From a virus: a DNA stretch of 64,000 bases. The notes beneath the pieces are model-generated. The model was not told where the DNA came from and ran no database searches. It was given only the letters and a program-made list of their open reading frames with translations. The first letter of the stretch is position 1, and every line of letters starts with the position of its first letter. This document shows positions 16,749-25,713 of the stretch, piece after piece. Made by a program: the position numbers and the translations under genes. The stretch lies in the IMG/VR virus record IMGVR_UViG_3300042090_000199, positions 1 to 64,000 of that record, one strand, 5' to 3'.

Positions 16749-17480
16749 AGGTTTCGATAGCTCGACCATGGTGTGGAAAGAAGCGGAAGCAGGACGAAAA
16801 GGCGAAGGGGACAACGCAGGTGAAGCGCAGACCAGCAGGCGCACCAGTCACACGTCCTGCCGAGTTGAACCACACCTCTGGTGTCCCCTTCGTCGCGTCG
16901 GGACGACACATGTGGGTGTCAGCACCGAGTACGCGCTCGGAACGTGTTGCACTGGTTCGAATCCAGGTCCCGGCTCGAGGCTCCGTCGTTCTCCCGTTCG
17001 ACGGAGCCTGCCTAGGTCGACCATCCGCAAAGGGAGTACACACACGAGGATGCTTCGGTCAGACTCCACCTAGGCATTACGCCGGCCCGGCGGCGTGCGT
17101 CTTGCTTCACCCTCCAGTGGCAGACGCGAAGGGTTCACCCCACTCACCGGGACCCACAATCGTAGCTGGCAGGAACACTCAACCTCGAGGACTCTTGAGT
17201 AAGGTCCGAAGCCGAGAGCACGTTTGCCTTATTGGCCCGTGCGCTAATATCGAGCCAGCCACTCAATCACCGGGCTGTCAGATGCGTAGTCTGAACAGCT
17301 GGCGGCCCGGCCATAACCCTGGGAGCACCTCCTATGGGCGGTCGATCGCGACAAGGCAAGCCGGGCCTGCTCTGCTGATCCTGCCCATGCGTGGCGGTGC
17401 AGCGGGAGGTGCTCCCAGGCCGACTGAAGGCTGCTGGATGTGTAGGCTTAATCTACAGCATAGAGTACCTGACCAGTGTG
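16749..17480 (+). ncRNA. Candidate large structured ncRNA containing a tRNA-like domain (16897-16975)
   Basis: Many 7-15 bp helices, a possible pseudoknot, TTCGAAT T-loop; no convincing ORF. Confidence 0.6.
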
Positions 17481-17499
17481 ACGTAAGAGAGGAGCGGTA

Positions 17500-17883
17500 A
17501 TGCCTACAGCTGTTGACGCTCGTCTGTACGAGCAGTGCTGCAAGGTCTACGACGCCATGAACGAAGCCGCACAGACCCGTAACGCCGACGGAGTCGCTGT
17601 CTATCGAGGTTACACGACCTACCTTCTTGAGCAGTGCGGCTACTCGATCAGCATTTACACTCCGGTCATGCGTAGACTTCGATCCATGGGTTGCGTTCAG
17701 CAAAAGGTCCGCGGAGGCCGTGGTATTCCTAGCGAGTGGCTAGTCATTAAGCCTCCGACGCGTGCGGCCTTTGCTCAGGGTGGGCAGCGATGGATGGCAC
17801 AACAGGAGCGCATTTCGGATTTGGAAGCTCGTGTCGAGATTCTCGAGGCACGCCTGGAAGAAGTCCCAGAAGAAGCCGTATAA
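17500..17883 (+). CDS. Putative winged-helix protein with C-terminal coiled coil
   Basis: RBS GAGGAG; VMRRLRSMGCV..VRGGRG wing-like pattern. Confidence 0.7.
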   Translation: MPTAVDARLYEQCCKVYDAMNEAAQTRNADGVAVYRGYTTYLLEQCGYSISIYTPVMRRLRSMGCVQQKVRGGRGIPSEWLVIKPPTRAAFAQGGQRWMAQQERISDLEARVEILEARLEEVPEEAV

Positions 17884-18032
17884 ATAATTCAGTAATAGCC
17901 AGTTCCTTTTTTCACTATAGGCCAGTAATCCAAATACTAAATACGAAATAGTCGGGAGGTGTTAGCAATGCGTAACTGGCTACACGATCTGGTCGAGGCT
18001 CTTTGCGACCATCCGGAATTGGACGATGACCT

Positions 18033-18278
18033 GTGAAGTGGCAAACAATTCACCCTGCTACATGCGCACACTGCGGGACTCCTGTAACAGATGTGAGACA
18101 CGTATGCGAACAGGCAATCAAGGACTGGCTAGCTCTGAATGCTGAGACATCTGTCCTACCTAAGCCTGGAAGATTCGTGTACGAAATCTTCCGAGAGCTT
18201 CAGGCCAAACCTTATCGTACGCTAGACCCTGATCCGTCTATACGTCCACCGATGGAAGACGTGATCAGCGACCTATAG
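18033..18278 (+). CDS. Hypothetical Zn-binding protein
   Basis: CAHC...HVC. Confidence 0.65.
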   Translation: MKWQTIHPATCAHCGTPVTDVRHVCEQAIKDWLALNAETSVLPKPGRFVYEIFRELQAKPYRTLDPDPSIRPPMEDVISDL

Positions 18279-18289
18279 GAGACAATAGT

Positions 18290-18412
18290 ATGCCCTGGTA
18301 CTTCTGGGTCTTCGTAGGTCTCTGCGGAGCCTGTGTTCTAGTTCTCCTGGTGTTCGTCGTCTTCCTAGGTTACATGCTAAAGCATTCCGGCGAAGGAAGA
18401 GGTAGTCGATAG
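18290..18412 (+). CDS. Small membrane protein
   Basis: RBS AGGAG; single hydrophobic helix. Confidence 0.7.
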   Translation: MPWYFWVFVGLCGACVLVLLVFVVFLGYMLKHSGEGRGSR

Positions 18413-18415
18413 CAT

Positions 18416-18574
18416 ATGAACTGTCGAACTTGTGGGGCGGAACTAATTCCAGGCACAGTCTCCGAAGGCGGTAACTGGACTAAAGATCGTCAGCAGAGCC
18501 AAGCCTACGAGTGCACGCCCTGTAACGCTCCTCAGAATTGTAACTGTGTAAGTCTGTACGGAGTATTGTTGTGA
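18416..18574 (+). CDS. Small Zn-ribbon protein (MNCRTCG...)
   Basis: CxxC..CxxC; GTGA overlap with helicase. Confidence 0.6.
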   Translation: MNCRTCGAELIPGTVSEGGNWTKDRQQSQAYECTPCNAPQNCNCVSLYGVLL

Positions 18575-20061
18575 CTACGACACTATACCAGCAACTATAC
18601 AGGTTCCAACAAGAGCTCGTCGACAAGTTGGGAAGTCCTGATATTCCAGCCCGTCTCATTGGGGACGAAATGGGAACCGGCAAGACATATGAGGCTATAG
18701 CCATCGAAGACCGTCTACGACGCACACACACAGGCACCAAGATGCGCACCCTCATTGTTGCGCCTTGGAGCGTTCATGAAACCTGGAAACGTAAGCTCAT
18801 AGAGCTACTTGGTCTAAAGCCTGCTGATGTTGTTGTTATTGACCGTAAGAAGAGGACTACCTTTCTACGAGCTGTCCAGCTCGGCCAGGCCAAGTATTAT
18901 ATTGTGCACTACGAAGCTCTGCGCATTGCAGACATGCAGCCGTTGCAGCGCATCCATTGGTTCCATATCATTGCAGACGAGATTCATCGAATCAAGTCTC
19001 CTAAAGCATTGCAGACGAAAGCTTTTAAGCGTCTCAAGGCTCAGTTTAAGACAGGCATGTCTGGTTCGATTGCAGACGATCGCCCTCAGGACTTCTGGAG
19101 CCCTCTACACTGGGCTCGTCCTGATCTGTTTCCGAACGTCTCGACGAAGGACCCTACCAAACTATTCGTCAAGGACTGGTGCGAGACTGAAGAGTTCGAA
19201 GGCCGTTTTCTCGGTATCGACGACGATGGTAACGAACTCCATCAGATGCATAAGCGTGTCACAGGTATGCGTCAGGATCGTCTCGACGAGTTTCACGCGC
19301 TTATCGCGCCGTTCTATATGCGTCGGCTGAAAGAAGACGTTCTCGATCTGCCTGAGAAGGTTTTCAGTCCCGTTCACGTTACCTTGTACGCCGGACAGCA
19401 AAAGGTGTACGACCAGCTGAAGCGTGAGTTCATAGCTTGGATCGGCGAACACGAAGACGAAGAGCTACGAATCAACCGTATGTTCGTCTTCGCACAGCTC
19501 GTGCGTCTGCAGCAAGCTGCCCTAGCGTCCTTGATGTTCAGGGATACTGGCAAGGCTGACCGCTTCGGCAAGCCGATCAAGAAGGTTGCACTACGTGAAC
19601 CTTCAGCCAAACTAGATGCCTTTGTAGACTGGGCTTCTGACGTTAACAGTCCTGTCGTCGTGTTCAGTCAAAGCAGAGGCATGATAGACCTGACTGCAGC
19701 AAGACTTGATGCAGCCGGAGCTCGCGTAGGCGTTTACACAGGCGGAACTCCTGATAAAGTTCGTCAGCAAATCATAGACAACTTCAGCGCAGGCAAGCTA
19801 GACTTCTTTCTTGGCACGATCAAGGCTGGAGGAGAAGGCGTTGACGGTCTGCAACGAGCGTCTAGCACAATGGTGTTTTTTGATAGGGCCTGGGGACCGT
19901 TCAGGAATAAGCAAGCTGAAGATCGTCTGCATCGTGAAGGTCAGAAGAGTTCGGTCCAAATCGTTGACTTCTACGCTCCGAAAACTGTAGATGCAAAGGT
20001 TCGAGCGACAAATATCCGTAAGTGGCGAGACCTTCGCCAGATCCTAGGAGATGAGAGATAG
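18571..20061 (+). CDS. SNF2-family (SF2) helicase
   Basis: DEMGTGKT, ADEIH, MSGS, GGEGVDG, QAEDRLHREGQ. Confidence 0.92.
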   Translation: MTTTLYQQLYRFQQELVDKLGSPDIPARLIGDEMGTGKTYEAIAIEDRLRRTHTGTKMRTLIVAPWSVHETWKRKLIELLGLKPADVVVIDRKKRTTFLRAVQLGQAKYYIVHYEALRIADMQPLQRIHWFHIIADEIHRIKSPKALQTKAFKRLKAQFKTGMSGSIADDRPQDFWSPLHWARPDLFPNVSTKDPTKLFVKDWCETEEFEGRFLGIDDDGNELHQMHKRVTGMRQDRLDEFHALIAPFYMRRLKEDVLDLPEKVFSPVHVTLYAGQQKVYDQLKREFIAWIGEHEDEELRINRMFVFAQLVRLQQAALASLMFRDTGKADRFGKPIKKVALREPSAKLDAFVDWASDVNSPVVVFSQSRGMIDLTAARLDAAGARVGVYTGGTPDKVRQQIIDNFSAGKLDFFLGTIKAGGEGVDGLQRASSTMVFFDRAWGPFRNKQAEDRLHREGQKSSVQIVDFYAPKTVDAKVRATNIRKWRDLRQILGDER

Positions 20062-20062
20062 C

Positions 20063-20482
20063 ATGGAAGACCTACAGGACCGTATCTACACCGTCGTCGA
20101 GGAAGCCCTTCCTCTGAGTAGTACAGGTCTCAATGTCCTGGGGTTCGACGTAGTCTTCGGCAACTGGGACGTCAACGGGAATCCTACTGCAGCCTACGCC
20201 ATAATCATCGTCGCTAGGCCTACGCTACCTGGAGGCGCGGCGCTCCTGGATAACAGTCCTGCAGACGTACACGTTCAGATCATCGGTCAGGTGACTCTTG
20301 AAGGACCTGCAGGAGACTTCTATCCCTCCGACAAGACTATTCGGGCACACGTCAAGACAGCCTGCGACGCGATGCGTCTGAAGGCGACGCAGAAGCAGGC
20401 ACCTTCTAACGGTGGTGCAGTACCACCTAACCCGTTCACGGAGGCTCTCAAGCGTCATCAACAGCAGCGTGAGCAAGGATAG
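20063..20482 (+). CDS. Hypothetical protein
   Basis: ORF track (alternative start 20051). Confidence 0.75.
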   Translation: MEDLQDRIYTVVEEALPLSSTGLNVLGFDVVFGNWDVNGNPTAAYAIIIVARPTLPGGAALLDNSPADVHVQIIGQVTLEGPAGDFYPSDKTIRAHVKTACDAMRLKATQKQAPSNGGAVPPNPFTEALKRHQQQREQG

Positions 20483-20516
20483 TAACGATACCTCAAAAAG
20501 ATCTTGCTGGAGCCTC

Positions 20517-20546
20517 TAGCATTTCTGTTAGGTCTCGTGATATAAT
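20517..20546 (+). promoter_or_regulatory. Phage promoter TAGCAT-N18-TATAAT
   Basis: Recurring geometry; upstream AAAAAGATCTTGC shared with the 4432 promoter. Confidence 0.8.
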
Positions 20547-20582
20547 TAAGTAAGGAAAGAATAGTGGTGTTCGGGAGCGGCT

Positions 20583-20780
20583 GTGAGTCGTAAGTATAAC
20601 TGTAAACATCCGAACCGTGGCATTTCGAAGTACATCGATCGTCTTAGACGTAGAGGCCTTAGTAAGGCGCCCAGGATGGAACCTCTAGCAGACCTGAAGA
20701 AGCGTCAGAAGATCGAACCTATTCCCGAGTCTGAGATAGTCCGAGCAGGCTGGGGTCTCGGAGGCGAAGATGTCGGCTGA
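20583..20780 (+). CDS. Small basic protein
   Basis: RBS GGGAG. Confidence 0.65.
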   Translation: MSRKYNCKHPNRGISKYIDRLRRRGLSKAPRMEPLADLKKRQKIEPIPESEIVRAGWGLGGEDVG

Positions 20781-21066
20781 AGAAGACTTTCAGGCGTTCT
20801 GGGAAAAGAAGACAGGAACCTCCAATAGACATCCTAGAGAAGTCCTCATACGAGGTTACCAGTTTTACGATCTTCTTCTAGAGGCCTTCACAGCAGGGCG
20901 TGAAAGTGTCGAACCGGTTATCAATCCTGAATGGTGCAAGGAGATAGTTACCTTGCACAGGTCCAACTCGAACTTCTGGACCATACCAGAACTAGCCAAG
21001 CTATTCCAACTTCCAGAAGACCAAGTCAGGGAGATCCTGAATGCCAAGCAAGACGCTACTGGTTAA
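20770..21066 (+). CDS. Protein with C-terminal HTH
   Basis: WTIPELAKLFQLPEDQVREIL. Confidence 0.65.
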   Translation: MSAEEDFQAFWEKKTGTSNRHPREVLIRGYQFYDLLLEAFTAGRESVEPVINPEWCKEIVTLHRSNSNFWTIPELAKLFQLPEDQVREILNAKQDATG

Positions 21067-21829
21067 CGAAATCTTCGGTCCAACGATACAGGGTGAAGGT
21101 CCTGCAATGGGCCGACGCTGTGCTTTCGTTCGGCTAGCAATCTGCCCGTTGCGCTGCAAGTGGTGCGACACTCCTTACACGTGGGCCTTCTCGAACCCTA
21201 TTGCCGCGCACCATCAGAGTCACAAGGTGTACGACTATACCGAGGAAGTTCGCGAGATGACCGTAGGCGACGTTGTCAGCCAGGCTATCTTCTGTGCATC
21301 AGGTGCTAACCTCGTAGTCCTATCAGGTGGTGAACCGCTAGCTCAGGTCCCTGTCCCGCTACAGGATCCTGGAATCAAGCTGGAAGAGTCTTACGGCGAC
21401 CCTGTAGGGCTCCTGGTAAATACGCTGCTAGAGGCAGGTATCGAGACGCATATCGAGACTGCAGGCGTTCGTAGACCTAGCCCGTTCTTGCACGAAGCTG
21501 TAGGTGGATATGTCGTTTCGCCTAAGCTGGTCACTAGTGGTAACAGTCTCAAGGTAAGACGAGACCTAGACGTCCTGAGGTTCTTCGCGGACACGAATAA
21601 GGCGTTCTTCAAGTTCGTGATTACGGAACCGAACGACTTCTCCGAGATCAGCCAGATAGCAGCCCTATGTAGTATCCCGCCGTGGCGCATATGGGTAATG
21701 CCGGAAGGCACGACGCCCAAAGCTATCCAGGAAAAGATGACGTTCGTAGCAGACCGTGGAATTCGAGCAGGCTACAACGTCTCGTCACGTCTACACATCC
21801 TGGCTTGGGGCGACCAGAGAGCACACTGA
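21041..21829 (+). CDS. queE: 7-carboxy-7-deazaguanine synthase (radical SAM)
   Basis: EIFGPTIQGEG, CPLRCKWCDT, SGGEP, VSPKL, RLHIL. Confidence 0.95.
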   Translation: MPSKTLLVNEIFGPTIQGEGPAMGRRCAFVRLAICPLRCKWCDTPYTWAFSNPIAAHHQSHKVYDYTEEVREMTVGDVVSQAIFCASGANLVVLSGGEPLAQVPVPLQDPGIKLEESYGDPVGLLVNTLLEAGIETHIETAGVRRPSPFLHEAVGGYVVSPKLVTSGNSLKVRRDLDVLRFFADTNKAFFKFVITEPNDFSEISQIAALCSIPPWRIWVMPEGTTPKAIQEKMTFVADRGIRAGYNVSSRLHILAWGDQRAH

Positions 21830-22137
21830 TGTCTTACTCTTCCAAAGAACTATGCACTCGTGCGCGCATTACGAAACGCCAGATGGATAACTGGTATCGA
21901 ATGGGATGGCTAGAACCATTCGAACGTCGAGAGCAAGCAGGATCTGGAACGCCTCTGGAGTGGCCAACTCGGACCTTCGAGAAGGCTAAGCTAATGTCAC
22001 GTCTTATTCGTGCAGGGTTCAAGGTTCAGGAAGCTAACGAAATAGCTGACAGACTTATGAATGACACTACCGCGCGTGCGGATTCAATGCACGATATCGA
22101 CCTAGGCGATAATATACGACTCAGGCTGTTCGTATAG
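21829..22137 (+). CDS. MerR-like HTH DNA-binding protein
   Basis: TGATG coupling; ELCTRARITKRQMDNWYRMGWLEP. Confidence 0.7.
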   Translation: MSYSSKELCTRARITKRQMDNWYRMGWLEPFERREQAGSGTPLEWPTRTFEKAKLMSRLIRAGFKVQEANEIADRLMNDTTARADSMHDIDLGDNIRLRLFV

Positions 22138-22150
22138 GAGAGAAGTAATC

Positions 22151-22354
22151 ATGATGTGTCACCCTTGCAGGCAGGCTGGCGAAGTACTCAAGCTGACTCC
22201 GAGCGAAGAGCATCCTGATCCAGAGTCAGAGGCTATAGAACTACACCGGATGTGCCAAGAATCGAACTGTACTTGTCAGCACCGCACCGACAAGGACATT
22301 ATCAATCGAGAAAGGATACCTAGCAGTGACTCACAGCTACCAGGGACCGCCTGA
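22151..22354 (+). CDS. Small Cys/His protein
   Basis: CHPC...HxxC...CTCQH. Confidence 0.7.
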   Translation: MMCHPCRQAGEVLKLTPSEEHPDPESEAIELHRMCQESNCTCQHRTDKDIINRERIPSSDSQLPGTA

Positions 22355-22871
22355 AGGGTTCCAGTTCAACAATGTCCCTTACCCACCACTGGCTGGAACC
22401 TGGGGAGTAGCGCACGGTACCGGACCTTTCGCTAGCGTCATCCGTACGGCCACGCAGAGCTGGGCAGGTCATGCTGTCTTGTACGTAGGAGACGGACTAG
22501 CAGTCGAGGCTCGCTGGCCAAAGGTCAAGATGGACGCAGCTCCTCGCGAAGACGTCGTCTGGGCTAACGGGCAGCCTCTGACGAGTGAACAACGAATGAG
22601 AGCTGTCACAGCTGCTCACCTTCTCATAGGCGCGGGCTACGACATCGCTATCTACCCAGCTCTTGTCGCAGCTCTGTTCAAGGCCTCAATCACCAAGGAC
22701 ATCGAACCGTTGTTCAACAGCGACAGATGGTGGGACTGCAGTGGCCTCGTCGAACACTGCGATGTCGTAGCCGGAGCAGCGATGTTCTCTGGTACAGTCG
22801 GTAGCGAGCACTTCGTTACGCCTGCCATGATGATGAACCTCGGCGTCCAGAAGGGGTGGTTCACAAAGTGA
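22326..22871 (+). CDS. Permuted papain-like NlpC/P60 (YaeF/YiiX-type) enzyme
   Basis: GHAVLYVG..VEA precedes GYD and DCSGLV (His before Cys). Confidence 0.75.
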   Translation: MTHSYQGPPEGFQFNNVPYPPLAGTWGVAHGTGPFASVIRTATQSWAGHAVLYVGDGLAVEARWPKVKMDAAPREDVVWANGQPLTSEQRMRAVTAAHLLIGAGYDIAIYPALVAALFKASITKDIEPLFNSDRWWDCSGLVEHCDVVAGAAMFSGTVGSEHFVTPAMMMNLGVQKGWFTK

Positions 22872-23077
22872 ACTTGCCACAGTACCGTAGAGCGCTACGT
22901 CAGGCTCACGAGGAGTTCGCAGAACAGGTAGCGGCTATACGCGACAAGTTCGTCGAAGACATGCGTGAGGCAGGCGATCGACTAGAGAAGGCTCTAATGT
23001 CTGCTCACTCGCAGTTCATGGAAGACCCTGAAGAGACAGCCGAACATGCTCCAAAGCGCCTTAGGGAGCCCCACTGA
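22868..23077 (+). CDS. Small helical protein
   Basis: GTGA overlap. Confidence 0.7.
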   Translation: MNLPQYRRALRQAHEEFAEQVAAIRDKFVEDMREAGDRLEKALMSAHSQFMEDPEETAEHAPKRLREPH

Positions 23078-23091
23078 TATACGAAGAAGGC

Positions 23092-23520
23092 TTGACACCA
23101 AGTCAGATCTTCGATCGTACCATGAGGGACTTTGTCGAAGCAATGACTAGAGAGCCTACGGAAATGCCAGAACGACACTACCATGTAGACGAGCTGCTTG
23201 AACAAGACGAAGTATGGCAATCTGGTGATCGAGAGATCCTTCGTATCGTCGACATGAAAGACGATCATCTAGTCAACCTGAAAGCGTTTCTGCTCAAGCA
23301 TGCCTTCAGGTATCAATCAGCCGTTCTTCAGTCTATGTTCACCTTTGCCTCTACGCTCGGAGGCGAGATGGCGCAGGATGCTATGGAGTCAGAGATCAGT
23401 CACGTAGCTGACAAACATGCGCTTCTCTGGATGGAAGAACGTCCTCTATACAAAGCAGTGCAAAACGAAATCTTCAGACGGCAGGGATATAGCGTCTGCC
23501 GCATCATAGAACAGGAGTAG
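23092..23520 (+). CDS. Hypothetical protein
   Basis: ORF track. Confidence 0.75.
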   Translation: MTPSQIFDRTMRDFVEAMTREPTEMPERHYHVDELLEQDEVWQSGDREILRIVDMKDDHLVNLKAFLLKHAFRYQSAVLQSMFTFASTLGGEMAQDAMESEISHVADKHALLWMEERPLYKAVQNEIFRRQGYSVCRIIEQE

Positions 23521-23522
23521 CA

Positions 23523-24314
23523 ATGCTATACCGAACTAGGACAGTTCTCGTCGAGACGGAACCAGGCACTGGAGAAGAGGAAGGCTTCACCAAGATCTCG
23601 ATCGGAGAATGCTGGGCATTTATCCCGAACGCCTTGTTCGAAGTTCTGTTCGAGGAGCTAGGTCCAGGACTCCAAGCAGACATAGGCAGTTCTGAAGGCA
23701 TCGTAGACGCAGCAGGCTTCGACCTCAGCTGGTGCAAGAGCGCCGAGCCCCGCAATCTGATCAACGAGATGCTGGCAATGGAAGCCATCACGACCGACAA
23801 CACCATCGACGGCCCGTCGTGGATGTTCAAGCCCTACCCGATCAGCATCTTCGGCAAGCTTCTTACCGCTGTTATCGAAGACATGGGCTGGATATGGAAT
23901 CCTGGAGTAGACGAGTCAGCCCCTAAGTTCCTCGAAGTCGGCTGTGGACCAGGTACGAAGCTAGTCGTAGCCGAGAAGGTATTCGGTCTCGATGCAGGAG
24001 GTTTCGACTACAACCCCGACTATGTGCGAGACGCGAACGAGCTACTGCAGTCTAAAGGCTGTCAGGGTGGTGCGTTCATAGCGGACGCTCGCACAGTAAC
24101 CACCCCCTATAGTCTCGCCGACGTGATATGGCTCAATCGTCCGTTCGTTCATCTCGAGATGACAAGACGTCTGGAAGAGACAGTTCTCAACCGTATGCAC
24201 CCAGGCGCATACATCATTCTCGGTAACTACGCTACCGATCCGAAAGAGCTCGGGTGGCAAGTCATCGCCGAAGACAAGATGGCGATCGTGCTCAGGAAGC
24301 CTGTACTCAAATAA
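23523..24314 (+). CDS. Class I SAM-dependent methyltransferase
   Basis: FLEVGCGPG, GFD, ADA, DVIWLNRPF, MHPGA. Confidence 0.85.
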   Translation: MLYRTRTVLVETEPGTGEEEGFTKISIGECWAFIPNALFEVLFEELGPGLQADIGSSEGIVDAAGFDLSWCKSAEPRNLINEMLAMEAITTDNTIDGPSWMFKPYPISIFGKLLTAVIEDMGWIWNPGVDESAPKFLEVGCGPGTKLVVAEKVFGLDAGGFDYNPDYVRDANELLQSKGCQGGAFIADARTVTTPYSLADVIWLNRPFVHLEMTRRLEETVLNRMHPGAYIILGNYATDPKELGWQVIAEDKMAIVLRKPVLK

Positions 24315-24334
24315 CCGATCAGGAGAAATAGAAC

Positions 24335-24652
24335 ATGAAACTCAACAAGCGCGACCTGACCTGGGCTGGCGTCGCCAGTACTGGCATCGCAGCGGCAGCA
24401 ATCATCGCCGGCTGCGCCAGCGGAAACCCTGTCGCCGATGACCTGCAGAACGTATCACCGTCATATCCGAACTACGTTGGGCTCTACCTCAACGTCGACG
24501 GCCATCCGAACATCGTCGAGATCTGTATCAACGGTGTAGGCTTCGCCACGACGACGCGCGAAGCCGCAGGCGCGATCACGCGCATCCCTGAATGGGATGC
24601 CTTCTGTCAGACGCAAGAAGGTAAGCAGGCTACCCAGAACGGTCAGCCTTAA
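24335..24652 (+). CDS. Lipoprotein
   Basis: Signal peptide with lipobox IIAG|C. Confidence 0.75.
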   Translation: MKLNKRDLTWAGVASTGIAAAAIIAGCASGNPVADDLQNVSPSYPNYVGLYLNVDGHPNIVEICINGVGFATTTREAAGAITRIPEWDAFCQTQEGKQATQNGQP

Positions 24653-24653
24653 C

Positions 24654-24899
24654 ATGGCTGTTCATCATAACAGGCTAGTTCCGTCTTCTCCAGAGCCTCC
24701 AGCTCCGATCCGAGGTGGCACGTTCTTCTACTGCCCTTGGGGTGAGAGGAGAAAAAGCGACTGGGGCTCAATTTCGTTTCTAGCCTGCGGCATCGTCCAC
24801 GCTGGATGGGCAACCGGCACGAGATTCCGAACATGCAAGGCTTACCGGCAGCACTGGCGAAGGTATCACTCGGAGGTGCAGCATGACGATGTCCGTTAA
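24654..24899 (+). CDS. Hypothetical protein
   Basis: Fills the gap. Confidence 0.6.
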   Translation: MAVHHNRLVPSSPEPPAPIRGGTFFYCPWGERRKSDWGSISFLACGIVHAGWATGTRFRTCKAYRQHWRRYHSEVQHDDVR

Positions 24900-25113
24900 G
24901 ACAATGGAGTTCGACACAATCATCGTCATCTACGACTACACGAGCCAGACCTTGACTATCAAGTCAAAGTCTGCTCCAGAGACTAAACCAGCTACTAGGC
25001 ACAATCTTCAACCCGAAGGCGAGATCAAGCTGCCTAGCTTCAGTATTCAGGAGCTGCGAGAAGGTCTCGAAGGCATCGGTCAGCAAGTCCCATCAGGTCG
25101 ACGTTTATCTTAA
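24883..25113 (+). CDS. Hypothetical protein (ends CGT TTA TCT TAA)
   Basis: RBS GGAGGTG. Confidence 0.75.
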   Translation: MTMSVKTMEFDTIIVIYDYTSQTLTIKSKSAPETKPATRHNLQPEGEIKLPSFSIQELREGLEGIGQQVPSGRRLS

Positions 25114-25122
25114 TCAGCAACG

Positions 25123-25150
25123 AGGCCCGCCGGAACACGCCGGCGGGCCT
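25123..25150 (+). terminator. Perfect GC-rich hairpin (terminator or processing site)
   Basis: AGGCCCGCCGG-AACACG-CCGGCGGGCCT; no U tract. Confidence 0.55.
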
Positions 25151-25165
25151 GATAAGGAGAGTATC

Positions 25166-25480
25166 ATGGAAATGAGCCGTTGGACGCTAGTTGTAGAGTT
25201 CGACTCTATCCAGGAAATGATAGCCGAAGATGACTACGAAGGAGGCCTAGCTGAAGCGGAAGAGTTCTACCAGTACATACGTGAGTACTGGAACGGCATG
25301 GATGAAGATTGGCTCAACGAAGACACGAACCTGACAGGTGACACAGTAACAGTCACCTTCCCAGTTCTGGATGATATCGAAGAGCCGCTTCGATGGCTCA
25401 CTATGAAGTCTGTACCCAAGAAGATCACCTTGTCTCGTAACGATACTCGAACAGGAGGACCTGCTAGGCATGAAGACTAG
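25166..25480 (+). CDS. Acidic hypothetical protein
   Basis: RBS AAGGAG. Confidence 0.75.
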   Translation: MEMSRWTLVVEFDSIQEMIAEDDYEGGLAEAEEFYQYIREYWNGMDEDWLNEDTNLTGDTVTVTFPVLDDIEEPLRWLTMKSVPKKITLSRNDTRTGGPARHED

Positions 25481-25595
25481 GGACCGGGAGCTTCTCGTCT
25501 ACTTGATATGTATACTAGTCCTGACAGGACTAGTTGTCTTTGCTATAGTGCATGCTGTTGCAACCAACTGCGAGTACAACGCTTGTGGTCATTAG
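25470..25595 (+). CDS. Small membrane protein
   Basis: RBS AGGAGG; hydrophobic helix. Confidence 0.65.
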   Translation: MKTRDRELLVYLICILVLTGLVVFAIVHAVATNCEYNACGH

Positions 25596-25645
25596 TTGAC
25601 TAGTGTATTAAGGGAAATTTCAGAATAATTTCCTTTAAGGCTCCA

Positions 25646-25675
25646 TTGTTGTTCCCTCGATTCTTGTAGTATAAT
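25646..25675 (+). promoter_or_regulatory. Phage promoter TTGTTG-N18-TATAAT
   Basis: Recurring geometry, upstream of queC. Confidence 0.7.
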
Positions 25676-25713
25676 TATATTATACGAAAAGCGAGAATCC
25701 AGGAGCAAACATT

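Noticed and set aside
16897-16975. Canonical tRNA gene
   Set aside because: 6-nt loop on an elongated bulged arm, A.G mismatch at the T-stem base, no CCA; reported only as tRNA-like.
16749-17480. tmRNA, RNase P RNA or self-splicing intron
   Set aside because: I could not find tmRNA termini or tag ORF, the RNase P P4 consensus, or intron core motifs, and the region does not interrupt a gene; needs an Infernal search.
16820-17500. 226-aa ORF and other overlapping ORFs in the structured region
   Set aside because: No RBS, Pro/Arg/Ser-rich composition, no GC3 bias; extensive base pairing explains the region better.
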